Origin: Candidatus Eiseniibacteriota bacterium
GTDB taxonomy: Bacteria; Eisenbacteria; RBG-16-71-46
Assembly: GCA_031366795.1 (NCBI GenBank)
Contig: JANLOX010000031.1
Coordinates: 1 to 48,490, forward strand
Direction: 5' to 3'
Length of the DNA: 48,490 nucleotides
The notes beneath the pieces are model-generated. The model was not told the DNA's origin. It saw only the letters and a list, made by a program, of their open reading frames with translations, and searched no databases. A program made the translations under genes and the position numbers. This document shows, piece after piece, positions 19,155 to 26,629 of this stretch (its first letter is position 1; every line of letters begins with the position of its first letter).

Positions 19155-20492
19155 GTGGTCGTAGTCAGCTATTCGGGCAAAGAGATCAACGCCAAGCTGG
19201 TGTATTACGGAGCCGGTCTGTGCGGCAAGACGACCAACCTCGAAGCCATCTACGAGGCGGTTCCCGAAATGAGCCGCGGCAAGATGGTCAGCATGAAGAC
19301 CCAGTCGGATCGAACGCTGTTCTTCGATCTGTTACCGCTCGATCTCGGCGAGATCATGGGCTTCAAGACCCGCTTCCTGCTCTACACCGTCCCCGGGCAG
19401 GTGTTCTACAACGCCACGCGCAAGCTGGTGCTCAAGGGCGCCGATGCGCTCGTGTTCGTGGCCGACAGCGCCGTGGGCAAGATGGACGAGAACCTCGAAA
19501 GCCTCGGTAACCTGCGCCAGAACCTGACGGACTACGGTCTCAACCTCGATGAGATTCCGTGGGTGCTGCAGTACAACAAGCGCGACCTGCCAAACGTCTA
19601 CTCGATTGAGGAACTCAACGCCTCGCTGAATCCGGGCGGGCGTGTGCCGGTGTTCGAGTCGGTGGCCTCGCAGGGTACGGGTGTGTTCGAGACCTTCCGC
19701 GGCATCTCGCACTTGCTGATGCAGAAGGTGACCAAGGAACTGCACCGTTCACCGCAGGGCGCCGCCGCGGCACGTGCCGCGCGCGCCAACCTGGGTGCTT
19801 CGGCGCGCGCAGCGGAAGCCGCCGCGGCGTCGCAGGCCCACGCCGCAAACGCGGCTGCGCCGGCCGGGCACACCGAGGGGGCCACGAGCATCGAGGGCCA
19901 GCGCCTCGTCGACTTCAGCAGGGCCGCCGCGACTCCACCGCCGCCGGTCGAGAACCCGATCGCTTCGGTGGAAGCCGCGCCAACGCCTGAGGGATTCGAA
20001 TGCAGCGGCACGCCGATGACGGTGGACAACGCCACGCGCGACGCCATGCGGCTCGACCGCGAGGCGCCTTCGCTCGCATTTGAAATCGATCGTGGCACCC
20101 CGCCGCCTCGCGGCTCGGAGCCTTCGGAGCCCAGGGAACGGCGCCAGCCCGAACCGGCTGCGGCTTCCAATGAAGCGAGCGGCCACGAGCTGAATACCAG
20201 TGAAGCGGCGATGTTCAGCGACGAGCCGGCCGGCATGTCGCGGGCGGCAGCACCTTCTCCCAAGCGGTTGGCAGCACCCGCGCCCTCCGTCGAATTCACA
20301 CGGCCCTCTTCCAGCGGCGCCAAGTTCGAGGAGCGCACGCTTGCGCTGGGAGAAGCGGCGGCCACGACGCTGGCTGACGACGAGCCCGCCCAGGCGGCGG
20401 TCCACCGTCACGAGGTTTCGATCCCGCTGACCATTGCCGCGGGGGAAACCCGGGAGATCATCCTCAGGATCACCATCCGCCCGGCGCGTTAG
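19155..20492 (+). CDS. mglA: MglA-family small GTPase with long C-terminal extension
   Basis: KLVYYGAGLCGKTTNL, DRTLFFD, LYTVPGQVFY, FVADS, QYNKRD; SD GAGGAG before GTG; about 250 aa Ala/Pro/Glu-rich tail. Confidence 0.88.
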   Translation: MVVVSYSGKEINAKLVYYGAGLCGKTTNLEAIYEAVPEMSRGKMVSMKTQSDRTLFFDLLPLDLGEIMGFKTRFLLYTVPGQVFYNATRKLVLKGADALVFVADSAVGKMDENLESLGNLRQNLTDYGLNLDEIPWVLQYNKRDLPNVYSIEELNASLNPGGRVPVFESVASQGTGVFETFRGISHLLMQKVTKELHRSPQGAAAARAARANLGASARAAEAAAASQAHAANAAAPAGHTEGATSIEGQRLVDFSRAAATPPPPVENPIASVEAAPTPEGFECSGTPMTVDNATRDAMRLDREAPSLAFEIDRGTPPPRGSEPSEPRERRQPEPAAASNEASGHELNTSEAAMFSDEPAGMSRAAAPSPKRLAAPAPSVEFTRPSSSGAKFEERTLALGEAAATTLADDEPAQAAVHRHEVSIPLTIAAGETREIILRITIRPAR

Positions 20493-20533
20493 TCATGTTT
20501 GACGGGTTCTTGTGGAAGTGCTGCTTCCCGCCG

Positions 20534-20562
20534 TTGACAGCGGGGGGCGCGCTTTCTAGTCT
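20534..20562 (+). promoter_or_regulatory. Sigma70 promoter, probably yielding a leaderless mRNA
   Basis: TTGACA-N17-TAGTCT ending 7 nt before ATG 20570; no SD. Confidence 0.7.
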
Positions 20563-20569
20563 TAGTCCC

Positions 20570-21031
20570 ATGACCTCCGCCCAGCAGCACCTGCGATTCG
20601 TGTTGACCGCCGCACTGCTTGCGGTGGGTGCGTCCCAGGCTGCCGCCTCGGGCTTCGATTCCTCCGGCTCATCGCTGTTCGGTTTCACGCCCAAGGTTCC
20701 GGTGAGCGCGCTCGCGCGTCCGGCGGCCTGGTTCGATCCGTCGCGCATGCATGTGTCGACGTCGGTCTCGATGGGCAGCGGATTCAGTGGCGGCGCCGAG
20801 GGCCTCCAGGTCACCAGCCTGAGCTATCAGTTCAAGGCTCCGGTGTGGATGAGCGTCAATGTCGGCAACACGTGGGGCGCGTCGTCGCGCGGCAATTCCG
20901 CGATGTTCCTCGAAGGGCTCGATCTGGGGATGAAGCCGTTCAATAATTTCCAGATCCAGATCCACTACCGCGACATGCGCTCGCCGCTGCAGTACCGCTC
21001 GTTCGACCGGCCCTACGGCTGGGGTGAGTGA
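20570..21031 (+). CDS. Hypothetical exported protein
   Basis: Signal peptide (LRFVLTAALLAVGASQAAA); beta-strand-like mature region; GTGA overlap with trpA. Confidence 0.75.
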   Translation: MTSAQQHLRFVLTAALLAVGASQAAASGFDSSGSSLFGFTPKVPVSALARPAAWFDPSRMHVSTSVSMGSGFSGGAEGLQVTSLSYQFKAPVWMSVNVGNTWGASSRGNSAMFLEGLDLGMKPFNNFQIQIHYRDMRSPLQYRSFDRPYGWGE

Positions 21032-21831
21032 CGCGTGTGCCGGGGGACCGGCTCGCCGCTAGTTTCGCGAAGCGCGCAAACCCGACAGGGCTGATCCCGT
21101 ATTTCACCGCAGGCTACCCTTCGCTGGATGCGACACTCGAGCTGTTGCGCGCCGCCGGGCCGCACTGCATCGCCGCCGAGATCGGCATACCGTTCTCCGA
21201 CCCGATCGCCGACGGTCCCGAATTGCAGCGCGCCTCCGAATGGGCGCTCTCCCAGGGCGTCGGGCCGCATGAAGTGCTCACGCTGGTCGAGCGCTTCCGC
21301 CAGGGCGGCGGAGACTTGCCCGTGCTCGTGATGACCTACGCCAACCCGATCCTGAGTTACGGCATCGAACGCTTCGCGAGGGAAGCGGCCAGGGTGGGCG
21401 TCGATGGCGTGATCATCTCGGACCTGCCGCCCGACGAGTCGCCCGGCGTGTGGAGCGCATTGGACGCCGCAGGGCTCGACACCATCACGCTGGTCGCGCC
21501 GACCACGCCTGCCGTGCGGCTGCCGCTGCTGGTGGCTCGAGCGCGCGGCTTCGTCTATTGCCTCGCGCGAACGGGAGTCACGGGAACGGGCGGCGGCTTT
21601 GCCGGCGCCATCGATGAGCGCGTGCGCGAGATCCGCGCGTTGACGACGCTGCCAGTGGCGATCGGCTTCGGCGTCTCGACGCCCGAGCATGCGCGCGCGC
21701 TGCGCGGCGTGAGCGATGCCGTGATCGTGGGCGCCGCGATGATGCGCGAGGTCACGCTCGATCCCGCGAATGGCGCCGTGCAACGGGTGAGCGCGAAGAT
21801 CGAACAACTCGCGGGAGCGCTAGTCGCGTAG
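21028..21831 (+). CDS. trpA: Tryptophan synthase alpha chain
   Basis: EIGIPFSDPIADGP, MTYANP, LVAPTT, GFVYCLARTGVTG, GFGVS, VIVGAA. Confidence 0.95.
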   Translation: MTRVPGDRLAASFAKRANPTGLIPYFTAGYPSLDATLELLRAAGPHCIAAEIGIPFSDPIADGPELQRASEWALSQGVGPHEVLTLVERFRQGGGDLPVLVMTYANPILSYGIERFAREAARVGVDGVIISDLPPDESPGVWSALDAAGLDTITLVAPTTPAVRLPLLVARARGFVYCLARTGVTGTGGGFAGAIDERVREIRALTTLPVAIGFGVSTPEHARALRGVSDAVIVGAAMMREVTLDPANGAVQRVSAKIEQLAGALVA

Positions 21832-21879
21832 CGGGCCGCGACGAGCCAACGCAGCAATCGGGCTTTTGCAGCGGCCCGC
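21831..21879. repeat. Partial inverted copy of the 18735-18852 element; forms its own hairpin
   Basis: Reverse complement GCGGGCCGCTGCAAAAGCCCGATTGCTGCGTTGGCTCGTCGCG matches the left arm at 18734-18774; 9-bp terminal IR GCGGGCCGC/GCGGCCCGC. Confidence 0.7.
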
Positions 21880-21942
21880 CCCGGTCGAGGGTAGGCGCCG
21901 GAGACCGTCAAGAGTCCCCGGTGCCCATGGACCTCGATGCTT

Positions 21943-22017
21943 CTACCGACGCAACCACCAGAACAGATCGATCACCAGCGGACCGACTGCCAGGACCGTT
22001 GACCAGAGGGTCTTCAC
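21943..22017 (-). CDS. Putative 24-aa hydrophobic peptide MKTLWSTVLAVGPLVIDLFWWLRR (not in ORF track)
   Basis: SD GGAGGT 5 nt before GTG; sigma28-type promoter about 140 nt upstream; single hydrophobic helix with basic C-terminus. Confidence 0.5.
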   Translation of the reverse strand: MKTLWSTVLAVGPLVIDLFWWLRR

Positions 22018-22131
22018 GGCCCACCTCCGATTTCCGAGCTTTCGTGCCCTCGCGCCTGGACCAGGCGCGGCGTGCAGGACACGGTCAACGCTTCGGTTCG
22101 GCCGCTCGTGGGTTGGCTATCGCGAGCGGGG

Positions 22132-22152
22132 GAGACGGCTCCTTGTCGTCTC
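22132..22152 (-). promoter_or_regulatory. CsrA-type binding hairpin
   Basis: Minus strand GAGACGAC-AAGGA-GCCGTCTC: ANGGA loop closed by C-G on a 6-bp stem with one mismatch. Confidence 0.55.
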
Positions 22153-24637
22153 ACCCAAAGGCTTCGGCGGCGGGATTCCGGTGCTTGACCGAAATTTTTG
22201 GCCCCCCCTCGGCCGGCGGCGCCGCCAGCTGGCGGAGCATCACCAGCGTCAGGTCGTCAAGCGTCTGGTCGGCGAATTCGCGCACCTCGCGGACCAGCGA
22301 ATTCAGCACATCCACGGCCCGGCGATCTCCTTCCGAGCGCAGCACTTCGCGGATCCGCTCCATGCCGAACAACTCCTCGCCGCGCTGGGCTTCGCTTAAG
22401 CCATCGGTATGGACGACCAGCAGGTCGCCTTTCCCCAAGTCGAGGCAGCGGTCGGCATAGCGGGTGCCGCGCTGGACGCCGAGCAGGGTGCCGCTCGCTT
22501 CGATCTCCTCGATGCGGCCATCGCTGCGCCGCAGCAGTGGCGGCGTGAGCCCGGCGTTGGCGATCCAGATACGGCCGCGCCGCACATCGACGCGCGCACA
22601 CACCAGCCCGACGAACTTCTCGGGCTGCTCGAAGTCGGCGATCTCGCGATTGAGCACGCCGAGCAACTCGCCGGGCGTGAGCCGCTCCTGCGCATGGCGG
22701 CGGAACAGCGCCTGCACGTGCGACAGCAGCAACGCCGCGGGCAGCCCGTGGCCGGCGACATCGCCGACGGCGAGCGTGAAGGAGCGGTCCGGGCCCTGTA
22801 CGAAGTCGTAGTAATCGCCGCCCACCGGTTCGCTCGACAACACCGCCGCCGCGCAATCGAGTGTGGGTGTGACCGGGACGCGCTGCGGCATCAGGTGCGC
22901 CTGCATACGACCGGCCTCGCGCATTTCCTTTGCGAGCACACCGTGCGCCGTGGCCTCGCGGCGCAGCTCGGCGTTCTCGAGTGCCACGCCCAGCCCCTGC
23001 GCGAACCGCTCGAGCTCCACCGTCTCGCTGCGGCTGAGCCAGGGCCCTGCGAGCCGGCGTCCGAGCAGCAGCACGGCGCGCATCGGCGCCTCGCCGACCG
23101 GCAGCAGCCACGATACGCCGGCGATGCGCATGGCTTCGCGGTCCTGCCGGCCGAAGCCGGCGTCATCGATGCCGCGCAATCCCTCGGGCGCCAGCCGCAG
23201 CGCGCGCGTGCGCAACTCGGGCCCCAGCTCGCTGACGCCGCGCGCGGTGTCCTCGCGGATCATGCGCACCTCGCCGAGCCCTCCGGCCAGCGCCATGCAG
23301 CCGTCGATGCGCAGGTAGCGGGCGATGGCCACGCAGGAATCGGCGAGCAGAGCGTCGGCGTTGCCCGCGGACTTGTCCGGGGCGCGACCGCTCAACCACG
23401 CGCCGAGCGAGGGCGGTTCGTCGCCAGGGACCAACCGCGAGCCGAGCGCGCGCAGCACCGGCGCGCCGGGTCCCGCCAGCGAGGCGGCCAGCGCGACCAT
23501 CGCCAGCGCGCCGCCGGCAAGCCCCGCGCCCAGATGGGCGCCCCACGTCGCCGAACCCCATTCGCCGAGTCCCCACGCCACTGCCCCTGCTCCCGCGACC
23601 ACCAGCGTGATCACCGCGGCGCGCAGCGCTGCGCGGAAGTCGAACACGCGGTGCACCGCGATGGCGTAGGCGAACGAGGCCGGCACGAACAGCGTGAGCA
23701 GCACGGTGCTGCGCTCTCCCGGGATGGCGACGCCGGGATAGAAGTTGCGGAACACGGTGAGCGCGATGAAGGGACCGAGCCCCACGAGGCTGCCGCCGAA
23801 CGCCACCCGCAGTCGTCGGCGCGCATCGGCCGATCCTGCGGCGGCGAAGGAGGCGGCGAACAGCAACAGCGCGCACAGGGTTCCCACGGCGAGCCACAGG
23901 GCTGCCGCCATCTGGACCAGGTCGCCGACCTTTTGGGCGAGCGTTGCCGCCGTGGCCTGCAGCACGATCGCCACGAACTCGAACGCCACCAGCAGCATCG
24001 CCACGGTGTAGGCGGCGCGAATCCACACCCGGCGCCGCCCGGCGGCGCGCGAATCGGGGAAGGTGGCGAAGAAGTGCACGAACAGCGCCGGCAACAGGAT
24101 GGTCAGGGCGCTGATCGAGACATCGATGAGCGAGGATCCGGCGGCGCCGACGCCGCGCGGTGGGGGAGCGAGCAGGGCGGCGAAGCCGAGGCACACGAGA
24201 AAGAACGCGCGCGTCAGGGCGTCACGGCGCTCGCTCCACACCCAGCCGCCGAGTACGACGAACACCGAGGCGACGACGAGCAGGAGACCGTTGAGCCGCC
24301 GCTCGCCCGCCGGCGGGGGCTCGGGAGCGAGCCAGACCTCGCGGCTTTCGCTCCCGCGTTTGAGCCCGAGGGTGAGCGGCTCGCCGGCCCGGGTGGCCGC
24401 CAGCGGGTCGTTGACCATTCCGCCCGACCCCGTGGTGACCGCCCGCAGGCGGTCGCCGGGGAGGATCCCGGCGCGGTCGCCGGGGCTGCCCGGGTCAACC
24501 GTCGCGACCAGGTCGCCGCGCAGCGCAAGCCCTGTATACGCGCGTTGGGGCAGGCTCAGCGCGGATTGGATCAGGTACGCCGCGACCGGCAAAAGTAGCC
24601 AGGCGAGCAGCGCGGACGATGTGGATCGGCGGTCCAT
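22151..24637 (-). CDS. Membrane PDZ / multi-TM / GAF-like / SpoIIE (PP2C) Ser/Thr phosphatase
   Basis: PGSPGDRAGILPGD (PDZ), many TM segments, VGGDYYDF, GDVAGHG, HTDGLSEA, DDLT. Confidence 0.9.
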   Translation of the reverse strand: MDRRSTSSALLAWLLLPVAAYLIQSALSLPQRAYTGLALRGDLVATVDPGSPGDRAGILPGDRLRAVTTGSGGMVNDPLAATRAGEPLTLGLKRGSESREVWLAPEPPPAGERRLNGLLLVVASVFVVLGGWVWSERRDALTRAFFLVCLGFAALLAPPPRGVGAAGSSLIDVSISALTILLPALFVHFFATFPDSRAAGRRRVWIRAAYTVAMLLVAFEFVAIVLQATAATLAQKVGDLVQMAAALWLAVGTLCALLLFAASFAAAGSADARRRLRVAFGGSLVGLGPFIALTVFRNFYPGVAIPGERSTVLLTLFVPASFAYAIAVHRVFDFRAALRAAVITLVVAGAGAVAWGLGEWGSATWGAHLGAGLAGGALAMVALAASLAGPGAPVLRALGSRLVPGDEPPSLGAWLSGRAPDKSAGNADALLADSCVAIARYLRIDGCMALAGGLGEVRMIREDTARGVSELGPELRTRALRLAPEGLRGIDDAGFGRQDREAMRIAGVSWLLPVGEAPMRAVLLLGRRLAGPWLSRSETVELERFAQGLGVALENAELRREATAHGVLAKEMREAGRMQAHLMPQRVPVTPTLDCAAAVLSSEPVGGDYYDFVQGPDRSFTLAVGDVAGHGLPAALLLSHVQALFRRHAQERLTPGELLGVLNREIADFEQPEKFVGLVCARVDVRRGRIWIANAGLTPPLLRRSDGRIEEIEASGTLLGVQRGTRYADRCLDLGKGDLLVVHTDGLSEAQRGEELFGMERIREVLRSEGDRRAVDVLNSLVREVREFADQTLDDLTLVMLRQLAAPPAEGGPKISVKHRNPAAEAFG
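22161..22188 (-). promoter_or_regulatory. Putative sigma28 promoter inside the 3' end of the phosphatase gene
   Basis: Minus strand TCAAG-N15-GCCGAAGC preceded by AAAAATTT; same spacing as the other two sigma28 candidates. Confidence 0.5.
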
Positions 24638-24752
24638 GGGGTGCGTTCTCGGTGGCCAAGGGCAAGGGACCCGTGCCCGCATCCTGCCATAGCCGCGGGT
24701 CGGCCGGAGCGAAGATTTGAGGAGGGGGGTGTGCAGCAGGGCGCCATTGCAG

Positions 24753-24780
24753 TAAAGTCACTTGCGCCCGTGGCCGATAC
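24753..24780 (+). promoter_or_regulatory. Sigma28 (FliA) promoter of csrA-flgM
   Basis: TAAAG-N15-GCCGATAC, near consensus. Confidence 0.8.
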
Positions 24781-24833
24781 GGTGGAAGTACGGGGCCGAA
24801 GCGTCCCGGGCTAGAAGCGGAGGATCCTCAGGA

Positions 24834-25076
24834 ATGCTGGTCCTAACAAGGAAGTTAGGCGAGAACATCCGGATTGGTGATTCAGTCAAGATCACCGTGC
24901 TAGAAGTCCGTTCCGGCCAAGTGAAGCTCGGCATCGAAGCCCCACCCGAGGTAAAGGTCCACCGTGAGGAAATCTACGCACGGATCCAAGAGGAAGCCCG
25001 TCGCGCCCAAGAAGCCAAGCGCGAAGGTGAAGGTGGTGACGACGGCGGGCCTAATGACGCCAACCGTGGCCGCTAG
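24834..25076 (+). CDS. csrA: Carbon storage regulator CsrA
   Basis: [24 protein letters not shown]...[19 protein letters not shown]. Confidence 0.97.
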   Translation: MLVLTRKLGENIRIGDSVKITVLEVRSGQVKLGIEAPPEVKVHREEIYARIQEEARRAQEAKREGEGGDDGGPNDANRGR

Positions 25077-25257
25077 CCGCAAGGCCTCTCCGCGACTCAG
25101 CGTAGTCAAGGGGGGCCGCGCACCGGGGAGTGATTCGGGCGTGCGGTTGGATCGCGTGCGCAACGCACGCGCGCGAATCGCCAACGGTTACTACGACCAG
25201 CCCGACGTTCGCGACCGCGTATTGAGTGCGGTGCTCGACGAGTTCGAAGAACTGTAG
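25054..25257 (+). CDS. flgM: FlgM-like anti-sigma28 factor (start uncertain)
   Basis: C-terminal [17 protein letters not shown] resembles the FlgM sigma-binding helix; behind a sigma28 promoter; fliA 5 kb downstream. Confidence 0.65.
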   Translation: MTPTVAASRKASPRLSVVKGGRAPGSDSGVRLDRVRNARARIANGYYDQPDVRDRVLSAVLDEFEEL

Positions 25258-25290
25258 GGTCATCGCGCGCGTTGCTGCGATTGCAGTGCC

Positions 25291-25332
25291 AGGCCCGGCC
25301 TCCTCCTAAGGAGGGCGGGCCTTCGTCTTGTT
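25291..25332 (+). terminator. Intrinsic terminator after csrA-flgM
   Basis: Stem AGGCCCG..CTCCT/AGGAG..CGGGCCT followed by T-rich TCGTCTTGTT. Confidence 0.6.
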
Positions 25333-25375
25333 CCGGAGACCCGAAAGCCGTGATAATGCGGCGGAGGGGGTTTCC

Positions 25376-26629
25376 ATGGATGTGAAGTCCGCGCGACGAA
25401 AGCCAGCGGCAGGTGCTGTGCGAGTCTTGCGCCCAAAGCGCCCGGCCCGCCGCGCTACAGCCGTGCCCGTCGAGGACCTGTTCGAGGCGTTGCTCGCCGA
25501 CACCGAGCACGGCGTGATGCTGCTCGATGCCGGCTCGCGGGTCGCGCGTATCAACGCGACCGCGGCAGCGATGCTCGGCACCACCGTGGCGCGCGCCCGC
25601 AACGTGCTGGCGGGATCGTTGTTCACCACCGTGGTCGCGGGCGACGATCCGCTGGCCGAGGGGCTCAAGCGCCGGTCCCACGAAGGCGAGACGATGCTCG
25701 TTACGCCCCAGGGCACTGAGCTGCCGGTGGCCATCCACACCTTCCGCATGGGCACGCCGCCGTGGCTGCTGGTGACGCTGCGCGACCTGACCCGGGTGCG
25801 GCGCATGCACGAGGAGTTGCGCCGCAACGAACGGCTGGCGCTGCTCGGGCAGCTCGCCACGGGCGTGGCGCACGAGATCCGCAATCCGCTGGCCGGCATC
25901 GGCACCAGCGCCCAGGTACTGCTGCGCCGCTTCGAGCCGCGCGATGAACGCGCGCGCTTCGTGCAGGTGATTCTCGACGAGGTGGCGCGGCTCGACCGTA
26001 TCGTCACGAGCCTGCTGCAGTACTCGCGGCCGCGCACCCCGGTGTTGCAGCGCACGGATATGGCGCCGATGATCCAGCGCGTCATCGAACTGATCGCCGA
26101 GCCGATGACGGCTGCGGGCGTGCGTCCCGCCACCGAGTTCCCCGCGCGCGGGGCCGCGATCTTCCTTGATCCCGACCTCGTCACGCAGGTGCTGCTCAAT
26201 GTGTCCTTGAACGCGGTGCAGGCGATGCCCTCAGGGGGCGACCTGCGCTTCGAGGTCCGCAGGGCGCGGCGCCGTCAGGCCCCACGGGGACCAGGACGTC
26301 GCGCGACGGACGCCGGTCCGAACGACGCCCGCGCGGCAGCACCCATGATCGAATGCATCCAGGTGCGCATCAGCGACACCGGCGTCGGCATGCCGCGCGG
26401 CGTGCTGCAGAAGCTGTTCCATCCGTTTTTCACCACCAAGCACAGCGGGACAGGGCTGGGTCTGGCGATCTGCCAGACGATCATGCATGAACATCAAGGC
26501 AGCATCGAGGTCGCGAGTCGCGAGGGACGCGGCACCACCGTGATGCTCAATTTTCCTCTGGAGAAGCGTCATGGCCAAAGGCGAGAGCTCAACCCGCACC
26601 CAGACACCGCACACCCTGCTGGTCGTTGA
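25376..26629 (+). CDS. Cytoplasmic PAS-HisKA-HATPase sensor kinase (NtrB/FlrB/FleS-like)
   Basis: GVAHEIRNPL H-box, NAVQAM, DTGVG, PFFTTK, GTGLGL; SD GGAGG; no TM segment. Confidence 0.93.
   Translation: MDVKSARRKPAAGAVRVLRPKRPARRATAVPVEDLFEALLADTEHGVMLLDAGSRVARINATAAAMLGTTVARARNVLAGSLFTTVVAGDDPLAEGLKRRSHEGETMLVTPQGTELPVAIHTFRMGTPPWLLVTLRDLTRVRRMHEELRRNERLALLGQLATGVAHEIRNPLAGIGTSAQVLLRRFEPRDERARFVQVILDEVARLDRIVTSLLQYSRPRTPVLQRTDMAPMIQRVIELIAEPMTAAGVRPATEFPARGAAIFLDPDLVTQVLLNVSLNAVQAMPSGGDLRFEVRRARRRQAPRGPGRRATDAGPNDARAAAPMIECIQVRISDTGVGMPRGVLQKLFHPFFTTKHSGTGLGLAICQTIMHEHQGSIEVASREGRGTTVMLNFPLEKRHGQRRELNPHPDTAHPAGR

Noticed and set aside
21943..22017. Trp-rich small ORF as a trpL attenuator leader
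   Set aside because: It is on the opposite strand and downstream of trpA, so it cannot attenuate it, and no trp gene follows it
21866..22460. Plus-strand ORFs 21866-22399 and 21921-22460
   Set aside because: Antisense to the phosphatase 3' end and the small ORF; no SD or recognisable domain
22409..24598. 729-aa plus-strand ORF and similar long ORFs opposite real genes (e.g. 42609-44423, 3656-5032)
   Set aside because: Shadow ORFs expected from high-GC codon bias; they lie wholly or largely antisense to well-supported genes
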